DNA of 61,564 bases, filler included, from Sphacelaria rigidula (GCA_964200075.2; 5 parts of 5 records of this genome joined end to end with filler, not necessarily neighbours in it); one strand, 5' to 3'; positions 1 to 13,075 are shown, counted from the first letter of the whole stretch. Notes: a model not told the origin generated them from the sequence alone. Translations and numbers: made by a program.

Positions 1-361
1 GATATGAAGAAAAGGCTTAATGACGTTTTGACAATTGTACCGATACGGTAGAACGAGCAAAAGATTACCTCCACCGTCGAAGAACAGATACGAAGACACT
101 CATTTACGTTTTCCACCCACAGCAACGTATAGGAACCCGATACCCGGGGACACGAAGACTTGTGACGGACACACACGAGTGTTCGCAACCATGAGTCCAG
201 TACTATTGCACCGCAGAAACGCCCATCGTACGGAACAGGGTCCAGAAACAGCAACTGAAAAGGCATAAAATATTCATTCCCCCTCCTTCGTGGGCAACAA
301 CGAAGCAGGCAATACCCGCAATGTAGTTGATATATAAGAGAAACGGAAGAAGTAAGACAAC

Positions 362-640
362 AATCGACCGACAGTAGCGACCGATATCCCCCAGAACACG
401 GTAAACGACGACCACGGATTCAACATGACAGACTATCCCGTCGTGCGAAAGCCGTCCATAAACAGCAAAGAACACTCGACCAACAGTAGCGACCGATATC
501 TCCCGAAACACAGACAACCTCGGATTCAACATGACAGACTATCCCGTCGTGCGAAAGCCGTCCATAAACAGCAAAGAACACTCGACCAATAGTAGCGACC
601 GATATCTCCAGAAACACGGACAACCCCGGATTCAACATCA
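362..640. repeat. 106-bp tandem repeat, ~2.6 copies
   Basis: GGATTCAACAT recurs with its CAAC at 421, 527 and 633; the unit contains GACAGACTATCCCGTCGTGCGAAAGCCGTCCATAAACAGCAAAGAACACTCGACC. Confidence 0.9.
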
Positions 641-1164
641 CAGACATGATCCATTGTACGAAACAGGCTCCAGAAGTAGCAGGACAGTTGAGCACACGAC
701 AACCGCAACGTGGCGTTTTTCCGGCTTCGCCGCCACGATCAGTGGATCGACAGCCAAGGTACATGAGCACCGGTGATAGCTGTGTGCGTTGTGTAAGCTC
801 ATGGACTGAGCACGGTAGCAAATCTGGATCATGGACACTTTTGTTGAGTGAAATTGATGCCACTTCAACAGATTACCTAATTTCGCGGTCAAATGGTTGA
901 TGGAAAGCGGCGGGAAAAATTTGTCGTGTCTTGTGAGTGTTTCATGAGCATGATGCCGGTTCGATTTGAAAAAAAGAACTATTTTTTTGTTTCGTTTAAT
1001 GCCCAAAGAAGAACATGAATGATGAGTATGTACGAAGGCTCAACACAACGCATCACAATCAATCAAAAGTGAATCTGAGGAACTGACCGCCCCCGCAAAC
1101 CAAGAACCCATGTAGTGGCAATGAGTTTGACCATTTCACCGCCATGATAGGTTATTTGTTGTTA

Positions 1165-1445
1165 AATCGGCATCACATACTTGGACTTCACAAATTACAG
1201 CGTGGTCCAGATGACCTACCCTACCGGTCAAAGGATCAACCATTTTGCGACGGGATCCCCAGAAACGTGTGATATGCACGCAGGGGCCTTTGTATGAATC
1301 GACATCACTTTTTAATCGTTTCCAACAAAAAATATTACCGATTCATGGAAACGCCCCTGCGTGCGAACCACATGTTTTTGGGATTCCGGTCCCAAAAGGG
1401 TTCAAAGAGTACAAATGAAATGAAGTCGAGACCATGATGCGATAT
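1165..1445. mobile_element. Fold-back (palindromic) MITE-like element
   Basis: AACCATTTTGCGACGGGATCCCCAGAAACGTGTG..GCACGCAGGGGC..TGAATCG is an imperfect reverse complement of CGATTCATGG..GCCCCTGCGTGCG..CATGTTTTTGGGATTCCGGTCCCAAAAGGGTT. A related core lies at 12715-12830. Confidence 0.7.
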
Positions 1446-1504
1446 TCATGCTGATAAAGTAGTTGTGTGCCTTACGTGTAACACAGAAGGGAGGTCAACA
1501 CAGG

Positions 1505-1921
1505 AAATTCTGTGGTGGTCGCCTTACTTTTTCATCGCGAGAGTGGTTCAGCGGTCCCTTTCGCTCGTCGACCGTGGAACCGAATTCTGTCTGCTCACGG
1601 CACACTCACTGTAAACAATGTTTCCGTGAGATTGAGAATGGAATATACGATTGAGATTGAAAAGCGGTCAATTCGTCAATGAATCGTTTCAATTTCGAGA
1701 TGCCCCTCCACGAGGCTCAAGATGCTCTCTGTACTGCAGGAGCTTGCCACTGAGACCCTTGATACCCCTCAGCAAGATATCGACGTGTACATTGTAGTCG
1801 CCGTCCACTGTTGAACATGGTGTGAGATAAAATTCCAGATCGTGTGACTGCACTGAGGTTCGAACCGACGACCCAACCGCCCTAAGGTTTGGGGGTTACC
1901 AACTGAGCCACCGGAGCGACC
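1505..1921 (-). mobile_element. tRNA-derived SINE, interrupted by a ~190-bp insertion (~1605-1790)
   Basis: Minus strand reads GGTCGCTCCGGTGGCTCAGTTGG (Pol III A box)...GGTTCGAACC (B box). The body matches the copies at 8509-8930 and 43739-43963. Confidence 0.75.
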
Positions 1922-2215
1922 GTCTGCCGACTAAAAATATGAAAAATAGAAGCCGGCACCTCATGACGAAAAAACGCATGTATGGCAGAGCAGAAGCAGC
2001 AGCAACAACAACAGCAGTCCAGAGACAGGAAATGGGAAGTACAGTCGAGACAATTCGACATGCGGGCAAGATCACAACATGCTTCCCGTGTGCGCCGAGA
2101 TTAGACGGAGAATCGTTCCACACAACCCATCCAACTGACATGATTCTGATTATATTTTCAAGTGACCTGTATACGGTAAGAGATGGCATCCCCGACGGCC
2201 AAAGGGTCACAAAGA

Positions 2216-2669
2216 GACCCCGTTTCGCCGTAGTCTAAACGCAAGTGAAAAAGTGCGCCTGTCTCAGAGCCTCTGGGAACGGTTCTGACAGTCCTGTGTG
2301 CGGTGTGACATGGACGCACGAAGGGTCTACTGCCATGGCGAGCAAAGAAGGCGGAAAAACCATGCAGAGCACTGCCGTGGAAGCGATGCTCCCGAAACCT
2401 CCTGAAGGGGAATCATGCAATGCTGCTTTGTCAGAGCTTGAGAGAACGAAATGACCCCGTTTTGCTGTACTCTAAAATCAAGTAAGAGCAAATGCTCGCC
2501 TCTCTAAGCTTCTGAGAACGGCCGAATGACACCGTTTCGCCGTACTCTACAATCAAGTGTGAACAAATGCTGGCCTCTCAGAGCTTGTGGGAACGACGGA
2601 ATGACCCCGTTTAGCCGTATTCTAAAATCAAGTGAAAAAAGTGCACCTGCATCCAAGGCTCTTCAACGG
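2216..2669. repeat. 75-bp tandem repeat (units at ~2451, 2526, 2601) plus an isolated unit at ~2216
   Basis: ATGACCCCGTTTYGCCGTAYTCTAAAATCAAGT...TCAGAGCTT.TGGGAACG recurs with a 75-nt period. Confidence 0.85.
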
Positions 2670-4210
2670 CGAAAAAGATAAAATTGATATATGTTATATT
2701 TTTTTCATAGCTCCAGTGGTTTCTGATTTTGTCCCCCGAAAAACGATAGTTCCTGACAGAATTTGAACGTCCATGAAGAGATCTATGGAGACCGAACCAG
2801 ACACGTGGTTGGTCGGATCGAGTTACACGGGGCAGTGTGCTACTTTGCGTGTTCACTCCTGACCGTGCGTGTGCTCCGTGCAGTAGAAGCACTATATGTG
2901 TGTGTTGGCCGTCTGTTCTCCTCAGAAGTAGCGTGTTGTAATCCTCCAGTCAATCTCCTGTGGCGCGCGAGGACTAGGTTCCAGGCATTCACATCAGACG
3001 TCATCCACTCACCCACTGTGATGTCATCACAGGTCACCGCTAGTGCTTTCGTACTCGGGAGGTTGGAGGCAGTACCCACGGAGTTCAATTGTATGGCTGG
3101 GTGCATGACAACGGGGCGGGTCGCATTTATGTGGTCGATAAGCCTGAACATTCGCACACCCAGTGTAATTATTTCAGTTGCCAGCGGATAACTTGTTATT
3201 GGCGTGCTAGACAACTATCAGTTGTTACAACCATATTACGCTCGAATAGGCCTTGCTCCCACTCCACTACGCAAAGCAGAGCGTGCGATAATATGGGATT
3301 TTGCCCATAACTTACCTGAAGATCGGCTTCTTCTTTTTTTTTCCTTTGCATGGGTGCCCCGCCTGCCAGTGTTGGTATTTTGTCACCGAGTGTTGGGCAG
3401 GGTGTAAAAATTTGCGTCAAAATTGCAATGGGCTGCAGTAGACCAATGTTCGTACGAGAGTGGAGTGAAGCCGCGCTGATTTTGGTGTGAAACCTTTGAA
3501 AATGTGCTTCATAGAATCAGCCATTTATCGAAACAAGAAGCGCCGTTCTCGGGAAAGGTGACGGGCTGCAGCCAATCATTCAATCATTAGAAGTTACTTT
3601 GTGTTTCCAAATTACCTCGTCCACCTCCCTAGTTTCGGTTTCGAAAGTTAGCCCCCACAATATTCCAGAATGAACGGTAGCTTGGCTGCGTAGAGGTAAC
3701 TTGGAAGAGACGTCTCTACGTGACCACCGCTCTTGCTTTCGAGTCTTGCGTTGATCCCATTATACTGGAGTGGACCGTATCTACACTTTCAAGTCCTCCT
3801 GGTTTCTGAAGGGTCGAACTTGACGCAACTATGGATGTAGAGTACATGTTGATGCCTTGTTCTATGGCTGTAGTGTATTACACTCGCGTGACCGCCGCTG
3901 CTCGTGCTGTGGTTCGTCAACAAACGGCGCACACGGTGTCAGCAAGTTTCAACTAAACACACCGTCCGAAACGATTTCCACTGGCAATGACACGATTCTA
4001 CCACGAAACAGGTTACGAAGGTCCGGATCTTACCTTTAGAGTCATTTCCACACTATATCCTTATGGAAGGATCGGGAACTCTTGGCGCTATGTGTTGTAT
4101 TTGTGCCTAGAGGCTGTGAGTTGGGTTCGGATTTCTGTCCCCTTCGGCGACGTATCGTGTTACCTGTGTTGATGATGCTGTCCGTACATTTGTCCTGCCT
4201 GTGCACTTTT

Positions 4211-4575
4211 AGGGAGGGTTGCACTCATGATCTTGCATGCAGTAGTCATGAGCCATTGACCCCACCTCCCTACAAAGCGGGGGTGAAGCTCGCCAGCTTT
4301 TCGCCGGACTAGGCTGGCAATCACCGAGCGCGAAGCGCCGTGATGTGTTCGGCGAGTCGCATGAGGGGGAGCTGCACCCTACCAAGATTGTTCGGCCCGA
4401 AGCGTACTCGTCATCTTGCATACGCACGACTGCTTCAAATGGTTTGCTTCATTTGTTGGTATCGCCACTCACAGGGGCAGCGGCGGCTTACATCACTCAT
4501 GGGTGTCTCAGAATTTCAACACAACGTCGTGCGATAATCCCCTTTGCGCGGAGTTGAGGCTCTCCACCCCGCACG
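4211..4575. repeat. Dispersed ~350-bp repeat family with a G-run end
   Basis: Core CGAAGCGCCGTGATGTGTTYGGCGAGTCGCATGA..AGCTGCA..AAGATTGTTCGGC is also at 12430-12630, in reverse at 51140-51350, and as fragments at 7012-7045 and 50815-50925. Confidence 0.85.
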
Positions 4576-6745
4576 ATGAGATGTGCACCTGGTTTGGGTT
4601 GGATTTCGATTTGATGTTGATGTTGATGTTGATGTTGATTGTCACACGTTCACTTACCTTTCCGGGATCCAGCCGTGATAACATGATAGGCGTACTCAAG
4701 AAAGAACAAAATGGAAACACTCGCTGAAGAGAAGTGAAGGCAACAGAAAGGTACAACAGAGTAATCTGAAACAACAAGCGAACAAACAAACAGCAAAACG
4801 ACGACAAAAATCACGTACTAGGAATTGTCGGCCTCTGCAACATACAACTTCAGCAGGAGAACGCCAATATTTCATGTCTGCGTGGGCGTACGCTTGGATT
4901 TCCGTGCATAACCGGGAGTATTATGAGAATTAGAAGATCAGCTTAAATACGTGATTGTTTGCACCAACAACCCAATCGTTAGCGAAAAGCCCGCATGAAA
5001 GCACTTGATTTCAGCATAGCGACCTCCCTCGACCCCTCCGTCCCCAACTGAACCGTCCTGTTTGGTGTCGCTAGAACGGATCTCCTTTTTATCTGGAATG
5101 AACGATCTCGTTGTATTGTGCACTGTCGAGTCAAATCTGCTGTGACTCGAAGTAGCACCAGCGTGACTGCGGAGATAGCATCAAACAACATATAGCCATG
5201 GAATGTCGAGCTCACCGGTGATTCAGGCTCCACTTGCATCGAGCCAGAACACCGGTCGCTACAATCACTGACCAAGCACGTCGTGTTCACGCTTCTTTTG
5301 CTTGTTGTTTTCGTGGGTCGACAGCAAAGTCGCCATACCGGGTACCCCTCTGGATGCCGTGCTCCTAATACTCCCCATGCTACCCTTCTGTCTGCTTCTC
5401 TTCATTTCGCCGCGTTTCGTTTTGTCGCCGTGCAGTGCCCGTACACCGTGGCGGTCAAGAACAGTAGCGACAAAGGCAACTTTGCGCAACTCATTGTGGA
5501 CGGACAAAAGGTTGGTAATCCGTCGATGAGCCAGTGAAGTAGTCTGTCAGCCACTCGGTATTCATATCCATGGTCGTACCCTTGTCTTCGTCCTTGGTGA
5601 CGCACCTGGCCCACACGCCGTCCTCGCTATCCTGTCCATCGCCTGCACATGCTGTATTTCAGTTCACACCTGAAATTTGTGAGGGGAGGGGGTTTGCTAT
5701 ATTTTCTGCTGCTTGCGAACACTGGTGTTGCTTCTTGATCTGGCCATGGTTTAGCTCAATCTCCCCGGTTACTGCCGTGCGCTACGTTCAGGTGGCAGAG
5801 AAGTACGTGAGGGCGAACGACAACATCACTTTCGAAGGGATCCCCACAGAGCAGGGTATCCAGCAGCTTTTATTCTCCCTCCCCAGGTGCTTGAGGTTAA
5901 CGTGTTCCTCCTCTACAATCAAAGTAGACTGTATTAAAGAAAATATTGAACGCGAACATCTGACGATTATGGCATTCGCAGTGGGAAGTACATTTTTCGT
6001 CTCGAGCGTATCACAACAGTGCCACGGTCGACGACTTGTCGTACTGAGATGCTGTAGTTTTCATAATGCTGCTACAACAGTACCTCGAGACTGCTTGTGG
6101 CACAGTGAGGGCCACGGGTCAAGAGGAATATATTTAGGAGCTTTGCCGGTTTCAGAGAGAAAAAAATGGCTTGGCACAGCTCTCTCTGAAACCAAACCCC
6201 GTTTCTCTTTTACCGCACCTACCCGGCATTCCCCCGCTCTGTTAGCCCGCTGTTGACAACCAGTGCAGCAGCCAGTCGTCGCACTGTACGGCGATGCAGT
6301 TGATGAACAGCTTACAGCTTCACTGACTGTAGCACAATGCCTTGCGCAGCCGGACGGTGCAACATGGCCCAGGTGTCATACCCATCTTCGTAAGGCCAAG
6401 CTGGCCTAGATGAAGGAATTTGGGTCAAGGAAAACGAAACAAATCTGCATGGCAGACTTCGTGTGAAGTTGCATGAGCTACCGACAATCGCAGTCTTGAA
6501 TGTCTGTTGCTGGGTACCGTAGGAAGGATGTAGGTTCTTGATTGTCACTTGCGAGATTGATTTACACCCTTCTTGGCTTCAGTCGGTTTCTTCACTGCTG
6601 TAGCACTCTCAGCTGTAAAGCAGTACTTCTGTGCTCTCGCTCGTGTTCTCTTGGCCGCAATGTTTGAATGTTGGAGCAGCTTTTACACCACGGAATACAG
6701 CAGTAGTGTTCTTCCACATGAGTCTTTTTACGACCCACCCCGCCA

Positions 6746-6811
<66 letters not shown>
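6746..6811. repeat. (AAC)n microsatellite
   Basis: Perfect run of about 21 AAC units. Confidence 0.98.
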
Positions 6812-6812
<1 letters not shown>

Positions 6813-8508
6813 TACCCAAAACCGTCGCGAAGAAAACGGTCATACAGCGTCTGATGTTTGGTTTCAGGCTGCATGAACCGCCCCATATGGGCGACATTGG
6901 CGAAAACGAACCCAAGCGTGGGAATTCCCAGCTGCTTTTCGTGCTCGGCTTCTTTCATTTAGATTTACGTTTGGATTTTTCCTCTCCAAACCAGCCGCGT
7001 ATTTCTTTTTTGGGGGGGGGGTGTACTCATGATCATACATGCCTTTTTTGAGGGGGGGTGACTATCATAGAAGGTGTCACATCACAACACGGAGGAGCAC
7101 TGGGTGTGGGTCCTGTCATGTCAAAAGTTCAACGAGGCGCCACGTCACAAGCGTACCTTCCAGATCTCTTGATTTCATCCACAGCCTAAAACCCGTATAC
7201 GGCACTCGGTTTACCAGAACACCTATCTTGAAACGATACAGCAGCAAGTCATGCCTGAGAGAGCTGAAAATGACTTGGCCCACCCTCTCTTAAACCGTGG
7301 TCCCCTCTGTACTATTTTCTGAACGTGACTGTAATCAAGTAGGTGATATTCTGAAGGTTGAGAGCACGTCTGTTGGTCGTTACGATACAGAGGGATGTAT
7401 TGCAATCCGGACATCCCTTTTGTTCGAGCATTTAGCTGACGCTTGCTGCTGCCGTGTCTCATTTTGCAAGCAGAAGTGATGCGTAGTTACGCGTGTGCTG
7501 TGTAGTATGCGGCTCAAGAGGATGGGTCCGTTGTGCGTGTCAGGTTTTGTGCATCGCGCTATGCGGTCAGTTTTACAGCGGTGCTGAAACTTCTGGGATT
7601 CCCCCCATATGCACGCCGATACACCAGATGATGAAGAAGTTGATGGCTAGATCATTGATTACTCCATCAGCAAAGTAGCTTCGAATAGCTGAAGGCGACT
7701 GTCCCAATGAAGACATATTTGAGGCACCCGACGGTTCAGTAACGTTTGCGTGGGAACCATGGCGCACAGAGCAGTTCCGACAGTATCCGCGAAATAAATA
7801 ATTCAACCCTCTGATCTCCACCACCGGCCGCTGTTGAATCTAGATCGTTTTCATTGAAAAAATAGATGTGAAACCCCGATGGCGCATCCCAGCGATCAAA
7901 CGCTTGATACCTCGATCACGCAAGCTTGAAAAACTCTCTGCTGACCCTTTCGCCGCGAGATGCCGCATACCGCGCCCGGGTGGACCGCTGTCAGCGTTTT
8001 TGTTTTGCAGCAAGGTTGGCTACATAATGTCGGGGATGAACGGGCGGTTGTATGGAACGTCGCGCCAAAATACCCCCATGTTGTTTGGTGCCATGATTAA
8101 GGTTTTCTGCGGTCGCTGGTCATGATTGCGGTGATGGAAACATTGCGCGCTGTATGCATGTACCATTGAGCGCCGGCACAGCTGTGCTATACATCCGCAA
8201 CGGTGTGGCTGCATCGATGCGGTACTGCCACGCCACAGGCAATTATGTGGCTTTTTTGCTTTTGTCGAGTTTTCTGGAGTTGATTGGAAGGAAACATTCG
8301 TCAGTGAGTCACGTCCGAGTCCGCCGGCCACAGTATGCAATTTGACACCTCTGTTAACCACTGGGCAGGTAATCCTGACTGTGTGTGTTGTGCGTGCGGA
8401 CCTCCCATCTATTCTGGACGCCGGTCTACAATTTTCGGTATATGTGGGCGCACAAGCGGTGGTCACACAGGAGGATGGCCAACACACGAGTTTTTTTTTG
8501 TTATCGAT

Positions 8509-8930
8509 CTCCACCTTCCTTATGCGGTGCTAGCGTTTAGTTTTTATCGCGAGAGGGGTTCAGCACTCCCTTTCCCTCGTTAACCAGTAAGCCGATTTTT
8601 TTGTGTGCCCACGACGTAGTCGCTCTCCGCTGTCGGGCATTGCGTGAGAAACATTCCCAGATCGCTCCGAGATTCGAACCTACGACCCAACTGTCGAGAG
8701 GTTTCTCCACCTTCCTTCTGCGGTGCTTGCCTTTATTGTTTATTGCGAGAGTGGTTCAGCAGTCCCTTTCCCTCTTGGACCATTGAGTCGAATTTTTCTG
8801 TACCCACGACCTTGTCGCTCTCCACTGTTGGGCATTGTGTGAAAAAAATACTAGATCCCCCCGAGATTCGAACTCACGACCCAGCCGTCACAAGTTTTCG
8901 AGGTGACCAACTGAGTCACCGTGGCGACCG
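8509..8930 (-). mobile_element. Two tandem tRNA-derived SINE copies (one 5'-truncated)
   Basis: TCTCCACCTTCCTT at 8509 and 8705 (~196-nt period). The minus-strand head is GGTCGCCACGGTGACTCAGTTGG...GAGTTCGAATCTC (A and B boxes). Confidence 0.85.
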
Positions 8931-9778
8931 GCTTGGTTGAAGGCGAGATATATTCCATTTTTACTATATCACGAAGGCTGAACCAATCACGCGGACGGAC
9001 AGCGTCCGTCGAATCTACAACCGAAACAGGCCGCCAACGAGTGGAACAAAACAACGAAGAAGCGCTCGCCACTCACGTGATACCGTTGTACATTGCTCGT
9101 ACTCACCCGCTGGTGAGGGCGTATCGGTCGTTACTGTAGCCCAGCCCAGTGAGTATTTCGGGTGCATCATTCGATTTAATGGCAGCGGCACCGACTAAAC
9201 AGTAGCCTCCACTCAGACCCGCCAGGGGGCAGGCCAGTCGGTGGGTGAACGCGACAAAAACATCACGTATACCAGCGAGAAAAAGGGCTAGATTAACATA
9301 CCACACGCGACTGACCTCACAACAGCTCTATCTCACAACCCCCTACGTCGACCAGCCGGCGGTCGCAGCGTGCGTGGGGGGTGGCGTGACGGCTTTGCGA
9401 TCAGCTTGCAACAGTCGCCATCGAGTACCTGCGCGTGCCCCATGGTTCGTTGGATGTCGTTAGCTGTGTGGTTGATGCACTGTTTTGCATTGACGGAAAC
9501 CAAGAGGCGGAAGGGGTGGCCCACAACCACATCACTGGAGCCGTTATGCGGTACCTTTTTACGTCTCCCAACAGGTTATGGGGCTCAACTTCTATACTGT
9601 GATAGTACAGACTACACCGTACTATAACGTGCTGTGCGCATGTGTACATACCTCGAGCCAGCATGAGCTCATCACTCCCTCTTTTTTTCCCCGTGATGAC
9701 GGCCATTACTCGCTGGCAACCACCCTCGAACAGCTTTTTCGGTTGTAGTCTACGGTTGCCGGAAGGAGGAGCTCTGTA

Positions 9779-9997
9779 TGGTAGTGTAGTGCAGTGTGGT
9801 GTAATTCAGTGAAATGTAGTGTAGTGTACCGTAGTGTACCGTACTGTAGGGTGGTCTAATCTGGTGTAGTATGTAGTGTTGTGTACTGCAGTATAGTGCA
9901 TTTTGCTGTACTGTGCTGTAATGCACTGCAGTGTAGCGTGTAGTGTAGTGTGTAGAGTAGAGAAGAGTAGAGTAGAGTGGAGCCGTGTAGTATAGTG
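9779..9997. repeat. Degenerate (GTAGT/GTAGA)n pentanucleotide simple repeat
   Basis: Runs such as gtagtgtagtgcagtgtggtgtaatt...gagtagagtagagt. Confidence 0.9.
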
Positions 9998-10861
9998 TCG
10001 TGAAAGGTAGGGTGCTTCTCGGTTATTTGCGCCAAGGTAGACTGAGCTTCTGCTCCCTCCGCGATCGTCTTCTACAGATCCTCGCTTGACGGCGTGGGGT
10101 CGTTCTCTTCATGGATGGTCAACCCTTCTAAATCTAGCGTTCATTTGTCTGTAGGCTACTGACCACTGTGGTTTGCGTCCGAAGGGGTGATTAGCTGCTG
10201 TATCGGCTTTAGAGCCTACTCTGATAGGCAGTGCCTGTGGAAAGTGTCCACGTGGAACTCGAACGCCCGGCTCAGGCACGTCGCCTCCCCAAAGTGCCGA
10301 CAACGAAGACCAAGAGTTTGCAGCGTGCGGTACAAGCAGATATGGCTGCTACCTTCCATGGTAAGGACGGCGTGGCGCGTATTGACACCATCATGGCTTA
10401 TCGTTGTGCAACCTAGACTCAAGGTTGACAAACATGTCCCTAGCGAGTCCAACTTTCCCAATCCTTTCTCCCGGGGCAGCGCCGTCCATGCAATTCAAGG
10501 CCGCTGCAAAAAGCAATGCGGCACCCATCTTCTCCTACATGAGTTTGAAGGGCCACTTTGCCAGGCCGAACTGAAGGGACTTCACGAGCTCGCTTCCAAA
10601 AAGATTGAGCGTCATTGCACAGATATCACATATATGTGCAGCTGGGTATTGCGAGGGGCGCTGCGGCAGGTTTACTTTCCAGTGGCACCCTTGAAAGCAG
10701 AACGCATGAGCGAAGGAAGTATTATCGTCACAATATCGCCGAGTTTGCAACTTCGTTCCTGCCACGCCGTAAAAACATCACGGAATGATCCAGGATGAGT
10801 ACATGTGTGGGTTTCATCACGAGGTTGGTACAATTGGCGTCGCACATCAGCCCGTGATACT

Positions 10862-11237
10862 CACAGATGATTTTACAAGTTGAGGATGCGTTTGTTTTAA
10901 GATGAACCTTTGGAACACTCATAAGCATCAGAATATTCTCAAAAAAAAATGCATATGCACTATCCGGTCGAGATGTGTAGCCTCACTCACTCTAAAAAAC
11001 ATGCATCCGCTATTTGTAAAATCCCGTGTTGACAAGGGATTCTGACCAATAAGAGTTCGAAATTGTTTGGCATAAGCACAGAACTTTACAGATTGCGGAT
11101 TAATTCATTGAGGATGAGCGAAGCCACACACCACGACCTGGTATTTGCATTTTTTTATAAATATTCCGATGCTTATGAGTGTTCCCAAGGTTCATCCTCA
11201 AAAAAAAAATCAATCCTCAATTTGTGAAATGCCGTGT
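10862..11237. mobile_element. Fold-back MITE
   Basis: TTGAGGAT..GATGAACCTTTGGAACACTCATAAGCATCAGAATATT pairs with AATATTCCGATGCTTATGAGTGTTCCCAAGGTTCATC..ATCCTCAA; arms are ~150 bp. Confidence 0.8.
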
Positions 11238-12234
11238 TAATTGTGGAAATTCCAATATTCCAATTTCACAAAGTTGGTTTTTGCTGCGGGTAAAAATTCG
11301 ACTAAGCGCTTTTTTGCGACTCCTTTCCTGCGACAGGATTTTTGCGACCCGTTTCTTGCGATATTTGTTTTGCTAAATTTCTCTATTCTAAAACCCCTAT
11401 TGATTTCTTTTGGGGGGGGCATAACTTCGTCAAACAGACACCAGAGGCATCCTGCTCCAAGGGGCACCTGGACACACAGCAGTTGCCTCTGCCTACCTAG
11501 TATCATCCTCCAAATCAAAGTCTCGAGTGAGAACGCCCAGCGTTCGATACCCATGTACCACGAAGGATGATCTTCATCTAGTTTCATGCTCCGAAACGTA
11601 CCTGACAAGGGGCCAACACCCTCGTACAGACAGTAGCAATGCAAGCGGATCCTACGTCCTGACAGTCTGTGACAGTCTAGCAGCCGGAAAGGTGGTTATG
11701 GTAGTGTCCTTCTAGTGATGTCAACTTACAGTGCACTCGAGCAGAGTTTGCAGCTGAATATTTCGACGATTGCCTCACGTGCAGTTCGCCCAGAGGTTGC
11801 GGATTTTTCTTGATATCACATGCATACCGTACCAGGTCAACAACGGATATGCATGATATGAACGCCACCGACATGCCCTGGTTATCACAAACTGTCTTCG
11901 AGGCGCGGGAAGCGTAGTTTTTGTCAAGAAGTGCAAGGACGCAACCATACTGCAGAACAGGCAGTTTTTCTCATTGGCATGAAACACGTGATTCGAACGA
12001 GACACAAGACAAAGCATTTGCACGATTATACCTGGGCGTTTTGGTACTGAAACGAGTCCACCAGTCCCTCCACTACCTACCGTACGGAGATAGATGCCAC
12101 GCGTAAGTACGAGATAAGTTACGGGAAGACCAACGGTCTGTCGAGAGAAGAATTTCGGTCACGGAGCCCCCCCCCGCCCCCCGGGCACAGGACGGTGAAG
12201 TGGTCAGTAGTTCGAAGGGAAAGAGAGAAGTGCT

Positions 12235-12334
12235 NNNNNNNNNNNNNNNNNNNNNNNNNNNNNNNNNNNNNNNNNNNNTTAATTAATTAANNNNNNNNNN
12301 NNNNNNNNNNNNNNNNNNNNNNNNNNNNNNNNNN
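12235..12334. other. Artificial N linker with TTAATTAATTAA
   Basis: N44-TTAATTAATTAA-N44, which gives stops in all six frames; identical to the three other linkers. Confidence 0.97.
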
Positions 12335-12399
12335 CACTACGTTGGCTCGTCCGACAGCGAGGCGGAGAGATGAGGGAGCTGGGGCGGGGGGGGGCGGGG

Positions 12400-13075
12400 G
12401 GGGGGGGGGGGGGGGGGGGGGGAGTACCCATGATCTTACATGCCGCTGTCGTATGACCATCGCGTGCCTACGTAGCCGGGAAGGAGTAAGCCGGGGGTTT
12501 CGCCAGACTAGGCTCGCAATCAGTCATCAAGCACGAAGCGCCGTGATGTGTTTGGCGAGTCGCATGAAGGGTGAGCTGCATCCTGCTAAGATTGTTCGGC
12601 TCGAAGAGCACTGATTATCTTGCATATGAGTGATGCCACCGTAGGGGGGTTGCACTTCTCAAGCGAAAAGGTTTCTCGGGGCTGCTCGGGGTGTTGGACG
12701 GGTCATTCATTATGTGAATCGGTATCATTTTTACTCGAAAAAGGCTGCAAATGATGCCGACTCACGAAAAGGCCCCTGCGTGCAAATATCATGTTTCGTG
12801 GAGTCTGGTGCCCGGAGATTTGGGTTGCACTGTAGGACCCATATATTTGTTCTCCTACAAGAAGGAGATCCCCAGAGACAAAAAGTGCAACCCCTACCCT
12901 TGCATTGCCCATATGAATGGCGGCCTTAAATGAGTTGCTTAATGTTTTGGTATCGTCACTTCCAGAGACAGCCACGGGTTTACGCCCTGCCTCATGGGTA
13001 TCTCAACATATGAACACTACGTACAGTAGTACGACTGTCCCCTTTGTGCGGAGTTGAGGTTCTCCCATCCCGTAC
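12400..13075. repeat. Copy of the G-run repeat family, split by a nested MITE
   Basis: 12430-12635 and ~12915-13075 align collinearly to 4225-4575. Confidence 0.8.
12644..12894. mobile_element. MITE with TIR GGGGTTGCACTT and probable TA target-site duplication (Tc1/mariner-like)
   Basis: TA|GGGGGGTTGCACTTC ... AAAAGTGCAACCCC|TA; it interrupts the host repeat. Confidence 0.7.

Larger units (their letters stand above)
2960..12078 (-). pseudogene. Degenerate multi-exon gene with Ulp1/SENP (peptidase C48)-like segments
   Basis: Many minus-strand AG..GT-bounded exon candidates (e.g. 11828-11877, 11497-11601, 7577-7830, 7157-7254, ~6318-6406, ~4658-4723). Exons 7577-7830 and 7157-7254 join in phase to give SYFADGVINDLAINFFIIW...LHDLLLYRF...PYTGFRLWMKSRDLE, resembling the Ulp1 pattern 'WLNDEVINFY...FFYTKL...GY..VRRWTK.VD'. 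The frame at 10109-10765 carries in-frame stops. No catalytic His/Cys was identified, and whether all exons belong to one gene is uncertain. Confidence 0.4.

Noticed and set aside
2216..2669. Minimal hammerhead ribozyme in the 75-bp repeat (minus strand CTGAGAGGCC...GGCGAAACGGTGTC)
   Set aside because: The core lacks the CUGANGA spacing, no helix I pairing is visible, and GAAAC is not kept in all units.
4658..4723. Ion-channel S2 helix (ILFFLEYAYHV)
   Set aside because: Neighbouring exons show no other transmembrane, voltage-sensor or pore motifs.
5570..6256. 228-aa plus-strand ORF, and similar long ORFs at 10187-10798, 44843-45454 and 50137-50757
   Set aside because: They are antisense to exon chains or run through repeats and homopolymers, with no recognisable domains.
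8850..8930. Genuine tRNA gene
   Set aside because: It has A/B boxes but is fused to a conserved ~150-nt non-tRNA body and occurs in several diverged copies, which fits a SINE head.
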